From assembly GCA_046483315.1 (NCBI GenBank), contig JAWODJ010000114.1, positions 4,241 through 68,240 on the forward strand: a stretch of DNA of 64,000 bases, read 5' to 3'. Below, piece after piece: positions 40,583-51,563 of the stretch. Under the pieces are notes generated by a model. The model had not been told where the DNA came from, made no database searches, and saw only the letters and a program-made list of their open reading frames with translations. Made by a program: the position numbers and the translations under genes. The first letter of the stretch is position 1. Every line of letters begins with the position of its first letter. Origin of the DNA: Bacteroidales bacterium. GTDB taxonomy: Bacteria; Bacteroidota; Bacteroidia; Bacteroidales; PUMT01.

Positions 40583-41884
40583 TTAATTCAGCACAAAGTT
40601 AATCGGGAAAGTGAATGCAACATTCACTGCTTCCCCTCTCTGTTTTCCCGGGGTCCAGTCGGGCGAGGCCATTACAACCCTCATCGCTTCCCTGTCAAGT
40701 GCCGGATCAACTCCTCTTACTACCTTTGCATTAGCTACACTGCCGTCTGCCTTAACCACAAACTGTATAAATACCCGCCCTTCTATGCCATTCTCAGCTG
40801 CAATCTGCGGATAACGCAGGTTTTCGGCAATGTACTTCCTGAACTCATCCTGTTTGCCACCCTGGAAACCTGGCATCTCTTCTACCACGAAGAAAACTTC
40901 ACCCAGTTCTTCATCGGTGATACCTGATTCAGTTCCGTCTCCGGGGTTAGATCTTAATATCCCATCTTCAGAGACAGATGCCCTGGTGGGTATTTTGAGC
41001 TCTGTTGTGGTTACAGCCGATTTTTCCTCTTCGTTTTTCGTGCACATTAATACCAGTAGCATCAATGCGGGCAGCAGTAAAAAGAAATTTATCTTTTTCC
41101 ATGCTGCAGGTTTGATTGTTGTCATCATTTTAATACGGTTTAGTGTTAAGGATTTATTGAAATTGCTGGCAGGAGAGAAGAACTCCCTTCCCATCTGTAA
41201 GTTCATTAGCATAGATTGGTAAAAGTGGACGCTTGTACCTCTTTTAATCACTTCCTCATCTGCAAGGTACTCGTGAATTTCAAGCATTGAACGCCTGTAT
41301 AGCCATGCAACCGGGTTAAACCATTGTATAGTGGTAAGCAGCTCCAGAAGGAGTAGATCAAGCGTGTGGTACTGGTTGATATGTACCAGCTCATGTTCTA
41401 TTATTTTCTGTTTTTCCTCTTCCCTGTACAGGGTTTCATTAATAAATATATTATCAAGGAATGAAAAAGGAGCAGTCTCTGAGCCCAGGCTGATGATGCG
41501 GGCCCCACTGACTTTTCTTCTGTTGCTTCGGGAGGCCAGGAAATATAACTGTAAAAGCCTTATTGCCAGTCTCATACCCAGAAGTCCGGCACCCGTCAGG
41601 TAAATGATCATAATTACCCTGCTTACTGTAACCGGAGAACCTGCTTCAGGGAGTTGTTCACCCTGTGATTGCCCGGTTACTGTAATTTCAGGAATCAGAT
41701 AGGAGTAATCTGCAACGCTGACCGGAGGGGTAAAGTTGATATGCGGCAGCAAAAGGGAAAACAGAATTGCCGTAAGAAGGTAGTACCTGTTGGCACTGAA
41801 AAAGGTAACCCTTTTGAGGAATAAAAAATATGCAAGGTAAAACAGGATGAGGCTTATTGCAGGTTCAATTATCCAGGCTAACAT
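40583..41884 (-). CDS. BlaR1/M56-family membrane metalloprotease fused to a TonB C-terminal domain
   Basis: 433 aa. N-terminal TM helices, HELVHINQYH (HExxH), and a C-terminal TonB_C-like block (FFVVEEMPGFQGG...YPQIAAENGIEGRVFIQFVV...G). Confidence 0.8.
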   Translation of the reverse strand: MLAWIIEPAISLILFYLAYFLFLKRVTFFSANRYYLLTAILFSLLLPHINFTPPVSVADYSYLIPEITVTGQSQGEQLPEAGSPVTVSRVIMIIYLTGAGLLGMRLAIRLLQLYFLASRSNRRKVSGARIISLGSETAPFSFLDNIFINETLYREEEKQKIIEHELVHINQYHTLDLLLLELLTTIQWFNPVAWLYRRSMLEIHEYLADEEVIKRGTSVHFYQSMLMNLQMGREFFSPASNFNKSLTLNRIKMMTTIKPAAWKKINFFLLLPALMLLVLMCTKNEEEKSAVTTTELKIPTRASVSEDGILRSNPGDGTESGITDEELGEVFFVVEEMPGFQGGKQDEFRKYIAENLRYPQIAAENGIEGRVFIQFVVKADGSVANAKVVRGVDPALDREAMRVVMASPDWTPGKQRGEAVNVAFTFPINFVLN

Positions 41885-41912
41885 GATCTCATGGTTTTTA
41901 ATGGGTTTAATA

Positions 41913-42293
41913 TTATTGTTTTTGTTTTTGTTTTTCGATCTCTTCCTCTATCATTCTGCGCATCTCTTCCATCTCTGATATACTCAGGTTTTCCTGTTTG
42001 GCAAAAAACGAGACCATTTGTTTATATGAATTACTGAAGTAGTTTTTGACAAAATTTCTCAGATACTTCTGTGTGTATTCAGGTTTATCTATAAGGGGGT
42101 AATATTCATGTGTTTTTCCGTAAGCTTTATATCCGACAAAACCTTTTTTCTCCAGTATTCTTATTATTGTTGAAACAGTGTTGTAAGCGGGTTTGGGATC
42201 AGGCAGGTGCACTATAATATCTTTGACAAATGCCTTTTCCAGTTTCCATAATACTTGCATAATCTGCTCTTCTGCCCTTGTAAGTTGCTTCAT
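41913..42293 (-). CDS. BlaI/MecI/CopY-family winged-helix repressor
   Basis: 126 aa. LTRAEEQIMQVLW ... AYNTVSTIIRILEKKGFV. Confidence 0.85.
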   Translation of the reverse strand: MKQLTRAEEQIMQVLWKLEKAFVKDIIVHLPDPKPAYNTVSTIIRILEKKGFVGYKAYGKTHEYYPLIDKPEYTQKYLRNFVKNYFSNSYKQMVSFFAKQENLSISEMEEMRRMIEEEIEKQKQKQ

Positions 42294-42330
42294 CTTTTTG
42301 TGTTTTTTATTTGAATGCTTTTACAAATAT

Positions 42331-42350
42331 AAAACTAATAAATTAGTTTT
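42331..42350. promoter_or_regulatory. Perfect palindrome AAAACTAAT-AA-ATTAGTTTT, candidate BlaI-family operator
   Basis: Read directly, 38 nt upstream of the blaI-like start codon (42293, minus strand). Confidence 0.4.
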
Positions 42351-42666
42351 GCAACTATTTTCTTAGTATTTTTTATATTTTTTCAGATTTAATACTTAAT
42401 TTAGTTGACTTGCAGGTCAAACCCTCATCCTTTATTGATTTTCGGTTGAACTCACATGATATCATAAACTTTTGGCATTATTATTCAGATGGGACAATAA
42501 TGTGACCTTGATTAAAAAATTATAGGAAATCAGAATTAATTATTTAACAGTTTGATTTAAATACATAAAATAGGATAATCAAAATATGAAGGAATTTGAA
42601 CAAATAAGTTAATTTTGTTGGCTGGATGCTCTTGTTTGATTATTTTTATTTTATACTTTTAAGATT

Positions 42667-43923
42667 ATGGACAGTTTTTTAAGGCTTGTATCTTTATTTC
42701 GGGAGAATATGCGTATTTCTTTCCAGTCAATACTTGCAAGCAGATTGCGAACAGTCCTTACAATATTTATAATAGCCTTTGGCATAATGGCTCTTGTCGG
42801 CATACTTACAGCGATTGATGCCGTGAAGTCCTCAATAAGCACCTCCTTTATGAGTATGGGGGCCAATACCTTTCTCATAGAGGGGCGTACCATAACAACC
42901 GTTTCGCCTGACAGGCAACCGGCAAGAAACTATGCTCATATAAATTTCAGGGAGGCCAACACATTTAAGGATAATTTTGACTTTCCGGCCAGTATTTCAA
43001 TATTTTCAAATGCCTCCGGTAATGCAGCTGTAAGTTATGGTTCAAAAAAGAGTAATCCCAATGTAACTGTGGTTGGTGCAGATGAGGAATATATTTTAAC
43101 TGCAGGCTATCAGATAGCCAGGGGAAGGAATTTCTCTGCGGGTGATATTGAGATGAGCCGTCATCAGGTAATTATTGGCAGGGAAGTCGTCCGGAATATC
43201 TTTGATACCGGTGTGGACCCCCTGGATAAGATCATTACTGTTGGAAGCGGCAAATACAGGGTTATTGGCATATTGGAGGAAAAAGGCACAAGCTTTGGTG
43301 GCGGGGGGGATAATATTTGCATCCTTCCGATCACAAATGTCCGGCAGTATTTTTCCCGCCCGGGAATGAATTTCCGAATAAACGTTATGCCTGAAGGTGC
43401 ACAACTGCTTGAAATAGCTGTCAGTGAAGCCGAGGGTATATTTCGTCAGGTAAGAGGACTCCGGCCGGGAGACGAATCGGATTTCAGGATAACCAAGAGT
43501 GATAACCTTGCAAATATGGTAATTGAGAACCTCAGGTATGTTACTATAGCCGCCACACTAATTGGTATCATAACTCTGTTTGGTGCTGCCGTGGGACTGA
43601 TGAACATAATGCTTGTGTCGGTTACCGAACGGACAAGGGAAATAGGTATAAGGAAGGCTTTGGGAGCCAAAAGCACCTATATTAAACACCAGTTTTTATT
43701 CGAAGCTGTTATTATAGGTCAATTGGGAGGTTTTGTAGGTATATTTCTTGGTATATTGATAGGTAATCTTGTATCTCTTGTTACCGGTTCACCTTTTGTG
43801 ATACCGTGGCTCTGGATTATTTCAGGAGTAGTCCTTTGTTTTGCTGTCGGACTCTCATCGGGTTATTTTCCCGCGGTAAAAGCCTCAAGGCTTGATCCGA
43901 TTGTTGCACTCAGATATGAATAA
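42667..43923 (+). CDS. FtsX/MacB-type ABC transporter permease
   Basis: 418 aa. N-terminal TM, large periplasmic MacB_PCD-like domain, and a C-terminal FtsX 3-TM bundle ([11 protein letters not shown]). No ATPase gene adjacent. Confidence 0.85.
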   Translation: MDSFLRLVSLFRENMRISFQSILASRLRTVLTIFIIAFGIMALVGILTAIDAVKSSISTSFMSMGANTFLIEGRTITTVSPDRQPARNYAHINFREANTFKDNFDFPASISIFSNASGNAAVSYGSKKSNPNVTVVGADEEYILTAGYQIARGRNFSAGDIEMSRHQVIIGREVVRNIFDTGVDPLDKIITVGSGKYRVIGILEEKGTSFGGGGDNICILPITNVRQYFSRPGMNFRINVMPEGAQLLEIAVSEAEGIFRQVRGLRPGDESDFRITKSDNLANMVIENLRYVTIAATLIGIITLFGAAVGLMNIMLVSVTERTREIGIRKALGAKSTYIKHQFLFEAVIIGQLGGFVGIFLGILIGNLVSLVTGSPFVIPWLWIISGVVLCFAVGLSSGYFPAVKASRLDPIVALRYE

Positions 43924-43940
43924 AATTATAATCAGATTCT

Positions 43941-44327
43941 ATGCATATGGAAGTTCTTAGAATTGAAAAAGACTTAAAAACGCCTTTTATTGAGCTGGAT
44001 CCGGACAAAGGGGTGTTGACTATGGAAGGAAGGTCGATTCCGGAAGACCCGGAATCATTTTACAGTGTTGTCTATTCTTCAATGGTAGATTATTATAAAT
44101 CACCACAGAAGTTAACAACTTTCCACTTCCAGTTTGAATATATTAACTCCGGTTCATCAAAGTTTATTCTGAGGTTTTTTCACCTTCTGAAAAAACAGTA
44201 TGATTCCGGGAATGACTGTATAGTTAACTGGTACTATGAGGAAGATGACGAAAATATACTGGATCTCGGTAAGCACTATAAGAATACATTTAAACTGCCA
44301 TTTAAATTTATAGAGATTTATGGTTAG
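43941..44327 (+). CDS. DUF1987 (SiaC-like) protein
   Basis: 128 aa. KTPFIELDPDKGVLTMEGRSIPEDPESFY and INSGSSKFI match the DUF1987 pattern as I recall it. Confidence 0.55.
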   Translation: MHMEVLRIEKDLKTPFIELDPDKGVLTMEGRSIPEDPESFYSVVYSSMVDYYKSPQKLTTFHFQFEYINSGSSKFILRFFHLLKKQYDSGNDCIVNWYYEEDDENILDLGKHYKNTFKLPFKFIEIYG

Positions 44328-44362
44328 AGATTAATAATTTTACCCTTTTAGCTGATAAAATT

Positions 44363-44395
44363 AAAGAGGCTGCCTTTTAATAAGACAGCCTCTTT
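44363..44395. terminator. Bidirectional terminator hairpin between the convergent DUF1987 gene and gap
   Basis: AAAGAGGCTG ... CAGCCTCTTT, a 10-bp perfect stem with A/T-rich flanks. Confidence 0.7.
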
Positions 44396-44463
44396 AATGT
44401 GAACTGATATTTATGCCTGTTTACCGATACTTTTGGTTAAAGTGCCACGGGACAGGATGTGAA

Positions 44464-45486
<1,023 letters not shown>

Positions 45487-45727
45487 TTAGATGAATAATA
45501 TTTAAGGTTGGTTAAACCGCATGCAAAAGTAATCATAAAAAAGGAAATTCTCAAAAAAAGTTGCCACAGATGATGATTGCGGCAGATTGAAAGTAGAGTG
45601 CAGTGGCTGCTGTATTTTGATAAAAGGTTTATCAGGACTATAGATCAGCCGGGCCGGAATTACCAGTGCGAGGTGACTGTAAAAATACAGAAATCTCTTA
45701 ATATGTAAACTCTATAACAGAGTTTTA

Positions 45728-45853
45728 TCAGCTTTTCTCCTCGGTTTGTTCGGTTTCATGAATGGCATAAGCAGGGCACTTTTTGGCCGAACAGGAACTC
45801 ATTACAACTGATGTGAAAAAGATGACTGCCAGAAGGTAAAAAATTCGTTTCAT
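45728..45853 (-). CDS. Possible 41-aa lipoprotein
   Basis: Hand translation MKRIFYLLAVIFFTSVVMSSCSAKKCPAYAIHETEQTEEKS*. Signal peptide plus a lipobox-like SSC. Below the ORF-track cutoff. Confidence 0.35.
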   Translation of the reverse strand: MKRIFYLLAVIFFTSVVMSSCSAKKCPAYAIHETEQTEEKS

Positions 45854-46122
45854 TTTGTATTGGTATAGTTAGTAATTCATTATCAATGTCTCACTTAGAT
45901 GCAATTTATAAAAGATAGCTTTTCAGGGTCATGCAGCATCCCTGTTTTTAAATATTTATTTTGTGTACTCCCGTTTACAGGGTTTCAATTAATTGATTAT
46001 TTTAGGGCTTTATTAAAAAAAGATCCTTTTTCCCGGCTTTAAATATACAAGAATTATTTTTAAAATAAAAAATCATCTGTATTTCGGATATAAACAAATT
46101 ATTAAATAACACTAATATATTA

Positions 46123-49100
46123 ATGATGAATCGTTTGTGTAGCTTTATCCTGTTGCTTGCCTTTATTGGCAATACCGGGGTGATGGGGCAGACAGCTCCT
46201 TCAACTGGTCTTAGAGATAACACCCCGGCAGTATATGCCTTTATAAATGCAAAAATTATTGCAGCTCCCGGTAAATCATATGAGCCTGGTATAATGGTAA
46301 TCCGCGAGGGAATTATTGAATCTGCCGGTACAGATATTCAGCCTCCTGCTGATGCGTGGATCATTGATATGAAAGGTAAGACCATCTATCCGGGATTTAT
46401 TGATTTATGGGCAGAAACGGGTTTTACTGATCCTGATGAATCAGTCAGAAGACAACTCAATAACCTGAATATTCCCCCTGAATATGCTGAAATGGCTGCA
46501 CAGTTTTTGATGACCGAAACAGATTCTCCGGCATCTGCAGGGGCGCTTCATTATAATCCGCAGGTTCGTTCATGGTTTGATGTTGCCTCAGGTTACAGTC
46601 ACGATAGCGATAAAGCTGAAAAAATGCGGGGCCAGGGATTCGTACTTGCAAATGTTGTGTACCCGGCGGGAATATTCAGGGGCAAAACGGCTTTGGTTAG
46701 CCTTGGAGAAGAGGATAATAACATGCTGGTTGTGAAATCAAATGTGTCACAGGCCATGAGTTTTGAGCGCTCTGGCGGACTGGGGGGCAGGTACCCTACA
46801 TCCCTGATGGGTGTTATTTCTTTAATAAGGCAGACTTTTATTGACACCGAATGGTACGGGAGAGCTCGCGAGGCTTATAATGAAAGTGGTCGCGGACTGG
46901 CAAGGCCGGAAATGAACCTTGCACTTGAGTCGCTGCTTGAGGCCGGAAGCGGAAGGCAACCGGTGTTATTTGAAGTCCGTGATGAGATTGATTTCATCAG
47001 GGCAGGAAATATTGCTTCAGAGTTTGGATTGGATATGTGGATCAGGGGAAGCGGACATGAATACCGCCGGTTGAATGTTATTAAAGATTCGGGCATACCC
47101 CTGGTGCTGCCGCTTAATTTTCCGAAAACGCCAGACATAGTGACTCCGGAAGATGCAATGAGCGTATCGCTGGAGACATTGAGACACTGGGATTTTGCAC
47201 CTGAAAATCCCGGGAGGCTCAATGATGCAGGTATAAGTTTTGCCCTGACAGCCAGTGGTCTGAGAGATGATGTATCTTTTCTTGAGCAGCTTCGCCTTGC
47301 AGTGAAACGGGGACTGGAGGAGGAGGCGGCGCTGGCAGCACTGACTGAAGTGCCTGCAGGAATGCTGGGGCTTGAAAATAAATACGGATCGCTTGAAAAG
47401 GGCAAAGTAGCCAGCTTCGTGGTGACAGACGGCCCTGTTTTTGAATCTTCAACAAAGATAGAGGAGGTTTGGGTTGACGGTAATCCTTTTGAGGTTAATA
47501 AGCCTGCAGATCCGGATGTAAGGGGGAAATGGAAAATACAGTCCGCCGACCTTGATGATCCTGTGCTTGAGATAAAAGGTACACCCTCCCGATTAAGCGG
47601 ATCGGTGGAAAAGGATGAAAAAAGGGTAAGCCTTATTTCAGTAAAATATGACGGTTACAGGCTGCAGCTGGTTTTTCCGGGTGACTCACTGGAAATGAAA
47701 GGGGTAATACGCCTTTCTGCTTCTGCTTCTGCCAGTGAACTTTTCGGTATTGGCGAGCTGGCTGACGGGACTTTTATAAACTGGAAAGCGGAAAGATTAT
47801 CTGCTGCAGCTGACACCGAAGATAATAATGCTGAAAAGATGCCGGGAATGTCAGAAGGCAGGATGCTTTTTCCTTCAATGGAATATGGACTGGAGAACAT
47901 ACCAGCGATGCCTTCCGGCTTGCTGGTGAAGAATGCCACTGTATGGACGCAGGGCCCCCGGGGCAGGATAGAAAATGCCGGTATATATGTAAGTAACGGT
48001 AAAATACAGGAGGTAGGTACAGATATAGAGGTGCCGGATGGAGTTTTTGTTATTGATGCAACAGGAAAACATGTTACTCCCGGACTGGTGGATCCGCATT
48101 TGCACACCAGCATAAAAGGAGGCGTTAACGAGACTGGCAACAATATGACTCCCGAGACAAGGATAGAGGATGTTATTGAGTCTGACAATATATGGATATA
48201 CAGGCTCCTTGCAGGAGGAATGACAACAGCAAACCTTCTTCACGGATCAGCCAATCCGGTTGGCGGTCAGGATGCGGTTATCAAGATGCGGTGGGGATTG
48301 TTGCCTGATGAAATGATCCTGCAGGGTGCAAAACCGGGGTTGAAACTTGCCCTGGGCGAAAATGTGGTTCGTAACAGCAACCAGTACCCGAACACCAGGA
48401 TGGGAGCGGAGCAGATCATCAAAGATGCCTTCCGGTCGGCACTTGATTACATTGAAGAGTGGAATAGCTGGCAGAAATCCAGTACGGGCATACCACCGCG
48501 CAGAGATCTTCAAAAAGAGGCGATGGCAGAGGTGTTAAAGGGAGAAAGGATCATTCACGCTCATGCTTACCGTCAGGATGAGATGCAAATGCTTATGAGA
48601 CTGGCTGAGGATATGGGCATTCAAATAGCCTCTTTTGAACATACCGTTGAGGGTTATAAGATTGCAGATATACTCAGGGAACATGGTGCAGGTGCCATTA
48701 TATGGACAGACTGGAGTTCATTCAAGGTTGAATCGGCCGATGGCATCCTCTATAATGCCAAAACACTGATTGACCAGGGAGTGCTTACTTCCCTTCATTC
48801 TGATAATACGCAACTTTCAACAAGGATGAACTGGGAGGCAGGCAAGATGCTGGCAACAGGTATTGATGAGATAACGGCAATGGATCTTATAACAATAAAT
48901 CCGGCCAGGATAATCGGTGCTGATAAAATTGTTGGCTCGCTTGAGCCTGGTAAGGATGCTGACTTTGTTATCTGGAGCGGGCATCCTCTTTCCGGATTCA
49001 CCCATGCCGAGCAAACCTGGATTGATGGAAGGAAATATTTTGACAGGGAGGAGGATATGCTTAAAAGAACAGAAGTCATTGAGGAGCGTGCCATCCTGAT

Positions 49101-49203
49101 ACAAAAAGCGGCAGGCAGGAAAAATGAAATAAAACAAAAGTCCGGCAGCCGGAACTCTTCCGGCATGAACAGCCGGGTAAACAGTATATCCGATATTAAA
49201 TAA
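46123..49203 (+). CDS. Large secreted amidohydrolase-superfamily protein (two amidohydrolase-like halves)
   Basis: 1026 aa with a signal peptide. Metal-binding HxH context (PGLVDPHLHTS) in the second half. C-terminal GSLEPGKDADFVIW is typical of the superfamily, and a similar GSLEKGKVASFVV occurs at the end of the first half. Confidence 0.8.
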   Translation: MMNRLCSFILLLAFIGNTGVMGQTAPSTGLRDNTPAVYAFINAKIIAAPGKSYEPGIMVIREGIIESAGTDIQPPADAWIIDMKGKTIYPGFIDLWAETGFTDPDESVRRQLNNLNIPPEYAEMAAQFLMTETDSPASAGALHYNPQVRSWFDVASGYSHDSDKAEKMRGQGFVLANVVYPAGIFRGKTALVSLGEEDNNMLVVKSNVSQAMSFERSGGLGGRYPTSLMGVISLIRQTFIDTEWYGRAREAYNESGRGLARPEMNLALESLLEAGSGRQPVLFEVRDEIDFIRAGNIASEFGLDMWIRGSGHEYRRLNVIKDSGIPLVLPLNFPKTPDIVTPEDAMSVSLETLRHWDFAPENPGRLNDAGISFALTASGLRDDVSFLEQLRLAVKRGLEEEAALAALTEVPAGMLGLENKYGSLEKGKVASFVVTDGPVFESSTKIEEVWVDGNPFEVNKPADPDVRGKWKIQSADLDDPVLEIKGTPSRLSGSVEKDEKRVSLISVKYDGYRLQLVFPGDSLEMKGVIRLSASASASELFGIGELADGTFINWKAERLSAAADTEDNNAEKMPGMSEGRMLFPSMEYGLENIPAMPSGLLVKNATVWTQGPRGRIENAGIYVSNGKIQEVGTDIEVPDGVFVIDATGKHVTPGLVDPHLHTSIKGGVNETGNNMTPETRIEDVIESDNIWIYRLLAGGMTTANLLHGSANPVGGQDAVIKMRWGLLPDEMILQGAKPGLKLALGENVVRNSNQYPNTRMGAEQIIKDAFRSALDYIEEWNSWQKSSTGIPPRRDLQKEAMAEVLKGERIIHAHAYRQDEMQMLMRLAEDMGIQIASFEHTVEGYKIADILREHGAGAIIWTDWSSFKVESADGILYNAKTLIDQGVLTSLHSDNTQLSTRMNWEAGKMLATGIDEITAMDLITINPARIIGADKIVGSLEPGKDADFVIWSGHPLSGFTHAEQTWIDGRKYFDREEDMLKRTEVIEERAILIQKAAGRKNEIKQKSGSRNSSGMNSRVNSISDIK

Positions 49204-49238
49204 TATTCATATCAGTCAATCATATAAAAATTACAGAA

Positions 49239-50525
49239 ATGATCTTGAGAAAACATATAATCACAGTCCTGGCCTGTCTTTTTGTTTTATCTTATAAAAC
49301 ACCTTTGCAGGCTCAAATACCGGCTTCTGACCAGGATTCACCTCTGGTGTTGCAAGGAGGCACAATTATTACAGTAACAGGTGATAATATTCCGGAAGGT
49401 ACTATTGTGTTTGAAAACGGAATAATAACTGCCGTAGGCATTGAAGCTGATATCCCTGAAGGTGCAGAGATTGTTGATGTGAGCGGAAAGTTCGTGTACC
49501 CTGCTATGATACATGCCCGCAGCTCACTTGGATTGTCGGAGATTGGAAGAGTAACTGAAACTGTCGATCTGAATGAGCACGGCAGCATTAATCCAAATGT
49601 CCGGGCATGGGTGGCGTATCATGCCGAAAGTGAACATATACCTCTTGCACGTACTCATGGTATTGCCGTTACCGTTGCAACTCCTGCAGGAGGAATTATT
49701 TCCGGGTTATCTGCTGCTATGCTGACTGACGGTTGGAACTGGGAGGAGATGACCTTAAGTTCTCCGACGGCTATGGTTATTAACTGGCCCGATATGTCGA
49801 ATGCAAGGGTAAGGGATAATGCATTAAAGGAGTTGTCTGAAGCTTTCCTTTCGGCGCGAAGATATATGACTGCAAAGAAAGCTGCCGGCAGCAGGGGAGT
49901 GCCCTATCTTAAAACGGATGTCAGGTGGGAAGCTATGATACCTGTTTTGGATGGTAGTATACCTGTTCATATATATGCCAGTGACCTGCGACAAATTCAG
50001 GCGGCAATTCACTGGGCAGAAAAGGAAAAAGTAAAGATGGTGCTTGTCGGTGCCAGGGATGCGGGATATGTTTTGCCACAGATAAAGGAAAAAAATATAC
50101 CGGTAATAGTTACTCCTGTAATTAACGGACCTTCCAGACAATGGGAAGAGTATGACAAAAGCTATACGCTGCCTTCAATGCTATATGAAGCCGGTATTGA
50201 ATATTGCATTGCAGGCGATTTTGCTGCGGCAAATGCCATAAGACTTGCACATCATCCTGCTTCCGCGGTGGCATTCGGACTGCCACAGGAGGAAGCAATA
50301 AAGACCATTACTCTCTATCCCGCCCGTATCCTTAACCTGGATGACAGGATGGGATCACTGGAGAAGGGAAAGGATGCCTCACTGATGGTGACGGACGGGA
50401 ACCTCCTTGAATTATCCACCCGTGTGGAGCAAGTCTACATACAGGGACGTCGCATTGATATGTATGATAAGCACAGACGTTTATACGACAGGTATCAGGA
50501 AAGATACGGAGAGATGAAGGATTGA
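49239..50525 (+). CDS. Secreted amidohydrolase-superfamily protein
   Basis: 428 aa with a signal peptide. GSLEKGKDASLMV C-terminal motif. Paired with the preceding gene, 35 nt apart. Confidence 0.75.
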   Translation: MILRKHIITVLACLFVLSYKTPLQAQIPASDQDSPLVLQGGTIITVTGDNIPEGTIVFENGIITAVGIEADIPEGAEIVDVSGKFVYPAMIHARSSLGLSEIGRVTETVDLNEHGSINPNVRAWVAYHAESEHIPLARTHGIAVTVATPAGGIISGLSAAMLTDGWNWEEMTLSSPTAMVINWPDMSNARVRDNALKELSEAFLSARRYMTAKKAAGSRGVPYLKTDVRWEAMIPVLDGSIPVHIYASDLRQIQAAIHWAEKEKVKMVLVGARDAGYVLPQIKEKNIPVIVTPVINGPSRQWEEYDKSYTLPSMLYEAGIEYCIAGDFAAANAIRLAHHPASAVAFGLPQEEAIKTITLYPARILNLDDRMGSLEKGKDASLMVTDGNLLELSTRVEQVYIQGRRIDMYDKHRRLYDRYQERYGEMKD

Positions 50526-50685
50526 TCTTTCCCCTGTTTTATATGGATTCTGTATTCGGCGGCTATCGGGTGCAAACTAAAGATGTGGTTATATTTCCCT
50601 TGAGGTCATACGGATGTTGACCGCGGTTGAACTTTTTTGTTTTATAAGCGTTTCCTGTTTGATTAAATTATATGATATTATTAGG

Positions 50686-51519
50686 ATGAATCTGAAAGAA
50701 AAGAATGTAATTATTACGGGAGCCACATCAGGAATAGGCAGGGAGACCGCCATAGCTCTTGCCAGGGAAAATTCCAGTATTGTAATGCCCGTAAGGGATA
50801 TTGAGAAAGGGGAACGGATTAAAAAACAGATTATCGGACGTTCGGGGAATCCCGCCATATATGTTATGGAATGTGATCTTGCTTCATTTGACTCGATAAG
50901 GAGTTTTTCTGCTGATTATAAAAAGAGGTTCGGACAGTTGCATGTGCTGATAAACAATGCGGGTATCTGGAAACAGGAAAGGGATGAGACAAGGGATGGA
51001 ATAGAGATGAATTTCGGGGTTAACCATCTTGCTCCCTTCCTTCTTACCAGCCTGCTGCTGGATGAGCTGCGTTCAGGAGCCCCGTCGCGGGTGATAAATG
51101 TCTCTTCAGAAGCACATCGCTATACAAGGATGAATTTTGATGATCCCGAAGGAAAGAAAAAATTCAGCAGTTTTCAGTCATACGGACAGTCAAAGCTGGC
51201 TAATATTTTATTTACAAGATATCTTGCCGGTATGCTCAGAAAGGATGGTGTTACTGTAAACTGCCTTCATCCGGGGGTTGTTGACACCAATCTTTTTGAA
51301 AATATGAATCCTTTGCTAAGAAAAATTTCCGGACTATTTATGACGAGTCCCCGAAAAGGAGCCGAAACCACTGTTTATCTTGCAACTTCCCCGGATATAA
51401 ACGGACAGACCGGCCGGTACTTTGTCAGGAAGAAAGATAAAAAACCATCCCGTGCCGCCCTTGATGAGAAATCCGCTGAAAAACTTTGGGAACTGAGCAT
51501 GAAATACGTCCATCCATAA
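50686..51519 (+). CDS. Short-chain dehydrogenase/reductase (classical SDR, retinol-dehydrogenase-like)
   Basis: TGATSGIGR, NNAG, YGQSK. The ATG at 50686 (MNLKEKNVIITGA) is preferred over the track start at 50614, which adds an atypical hydrophobic extension. Confidence 0.85.
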   Translation: MNLKEKNVIITGATSGIGRETAIALARENSSIVMPVRDIEKGERIKKQIIGRSGNPAIYVMECDLASFDSIRSFSADYKKRFGQLHVLINNAGIWKQERDETRDGIEMNFGVNHLAPFLLTSLLLDELRSGAPSRVINVSSEAHRYTRMNFDDPEGKKKFSSFQSYGQSKLANILFTRYLAGMLRKDGVTVNCLHPGVVDTNLFENMNPLLRKISGLFMTSPRKGAETTVYLATSPDINGQTGRYFVRKKDKKPSRAALDEKSAEKLWELSMKYVHP

Positions 51520-51563
51520 AATACTTTTTAGGCCACGAGCATTTTTTTGCAAAGATCTTTATC

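Noticed and set aside
46875-48188. Long antisense ORFs (176 aa and 177 aa, plus others) inside the 1026-aa amidohydrolase gene
   Set aside because: Their translations are Ser/Pro/Ala-rich low-complexity strings with no motifs. They lie entirely opposite a strongly supported gene, which is typical of shadow ORFs.
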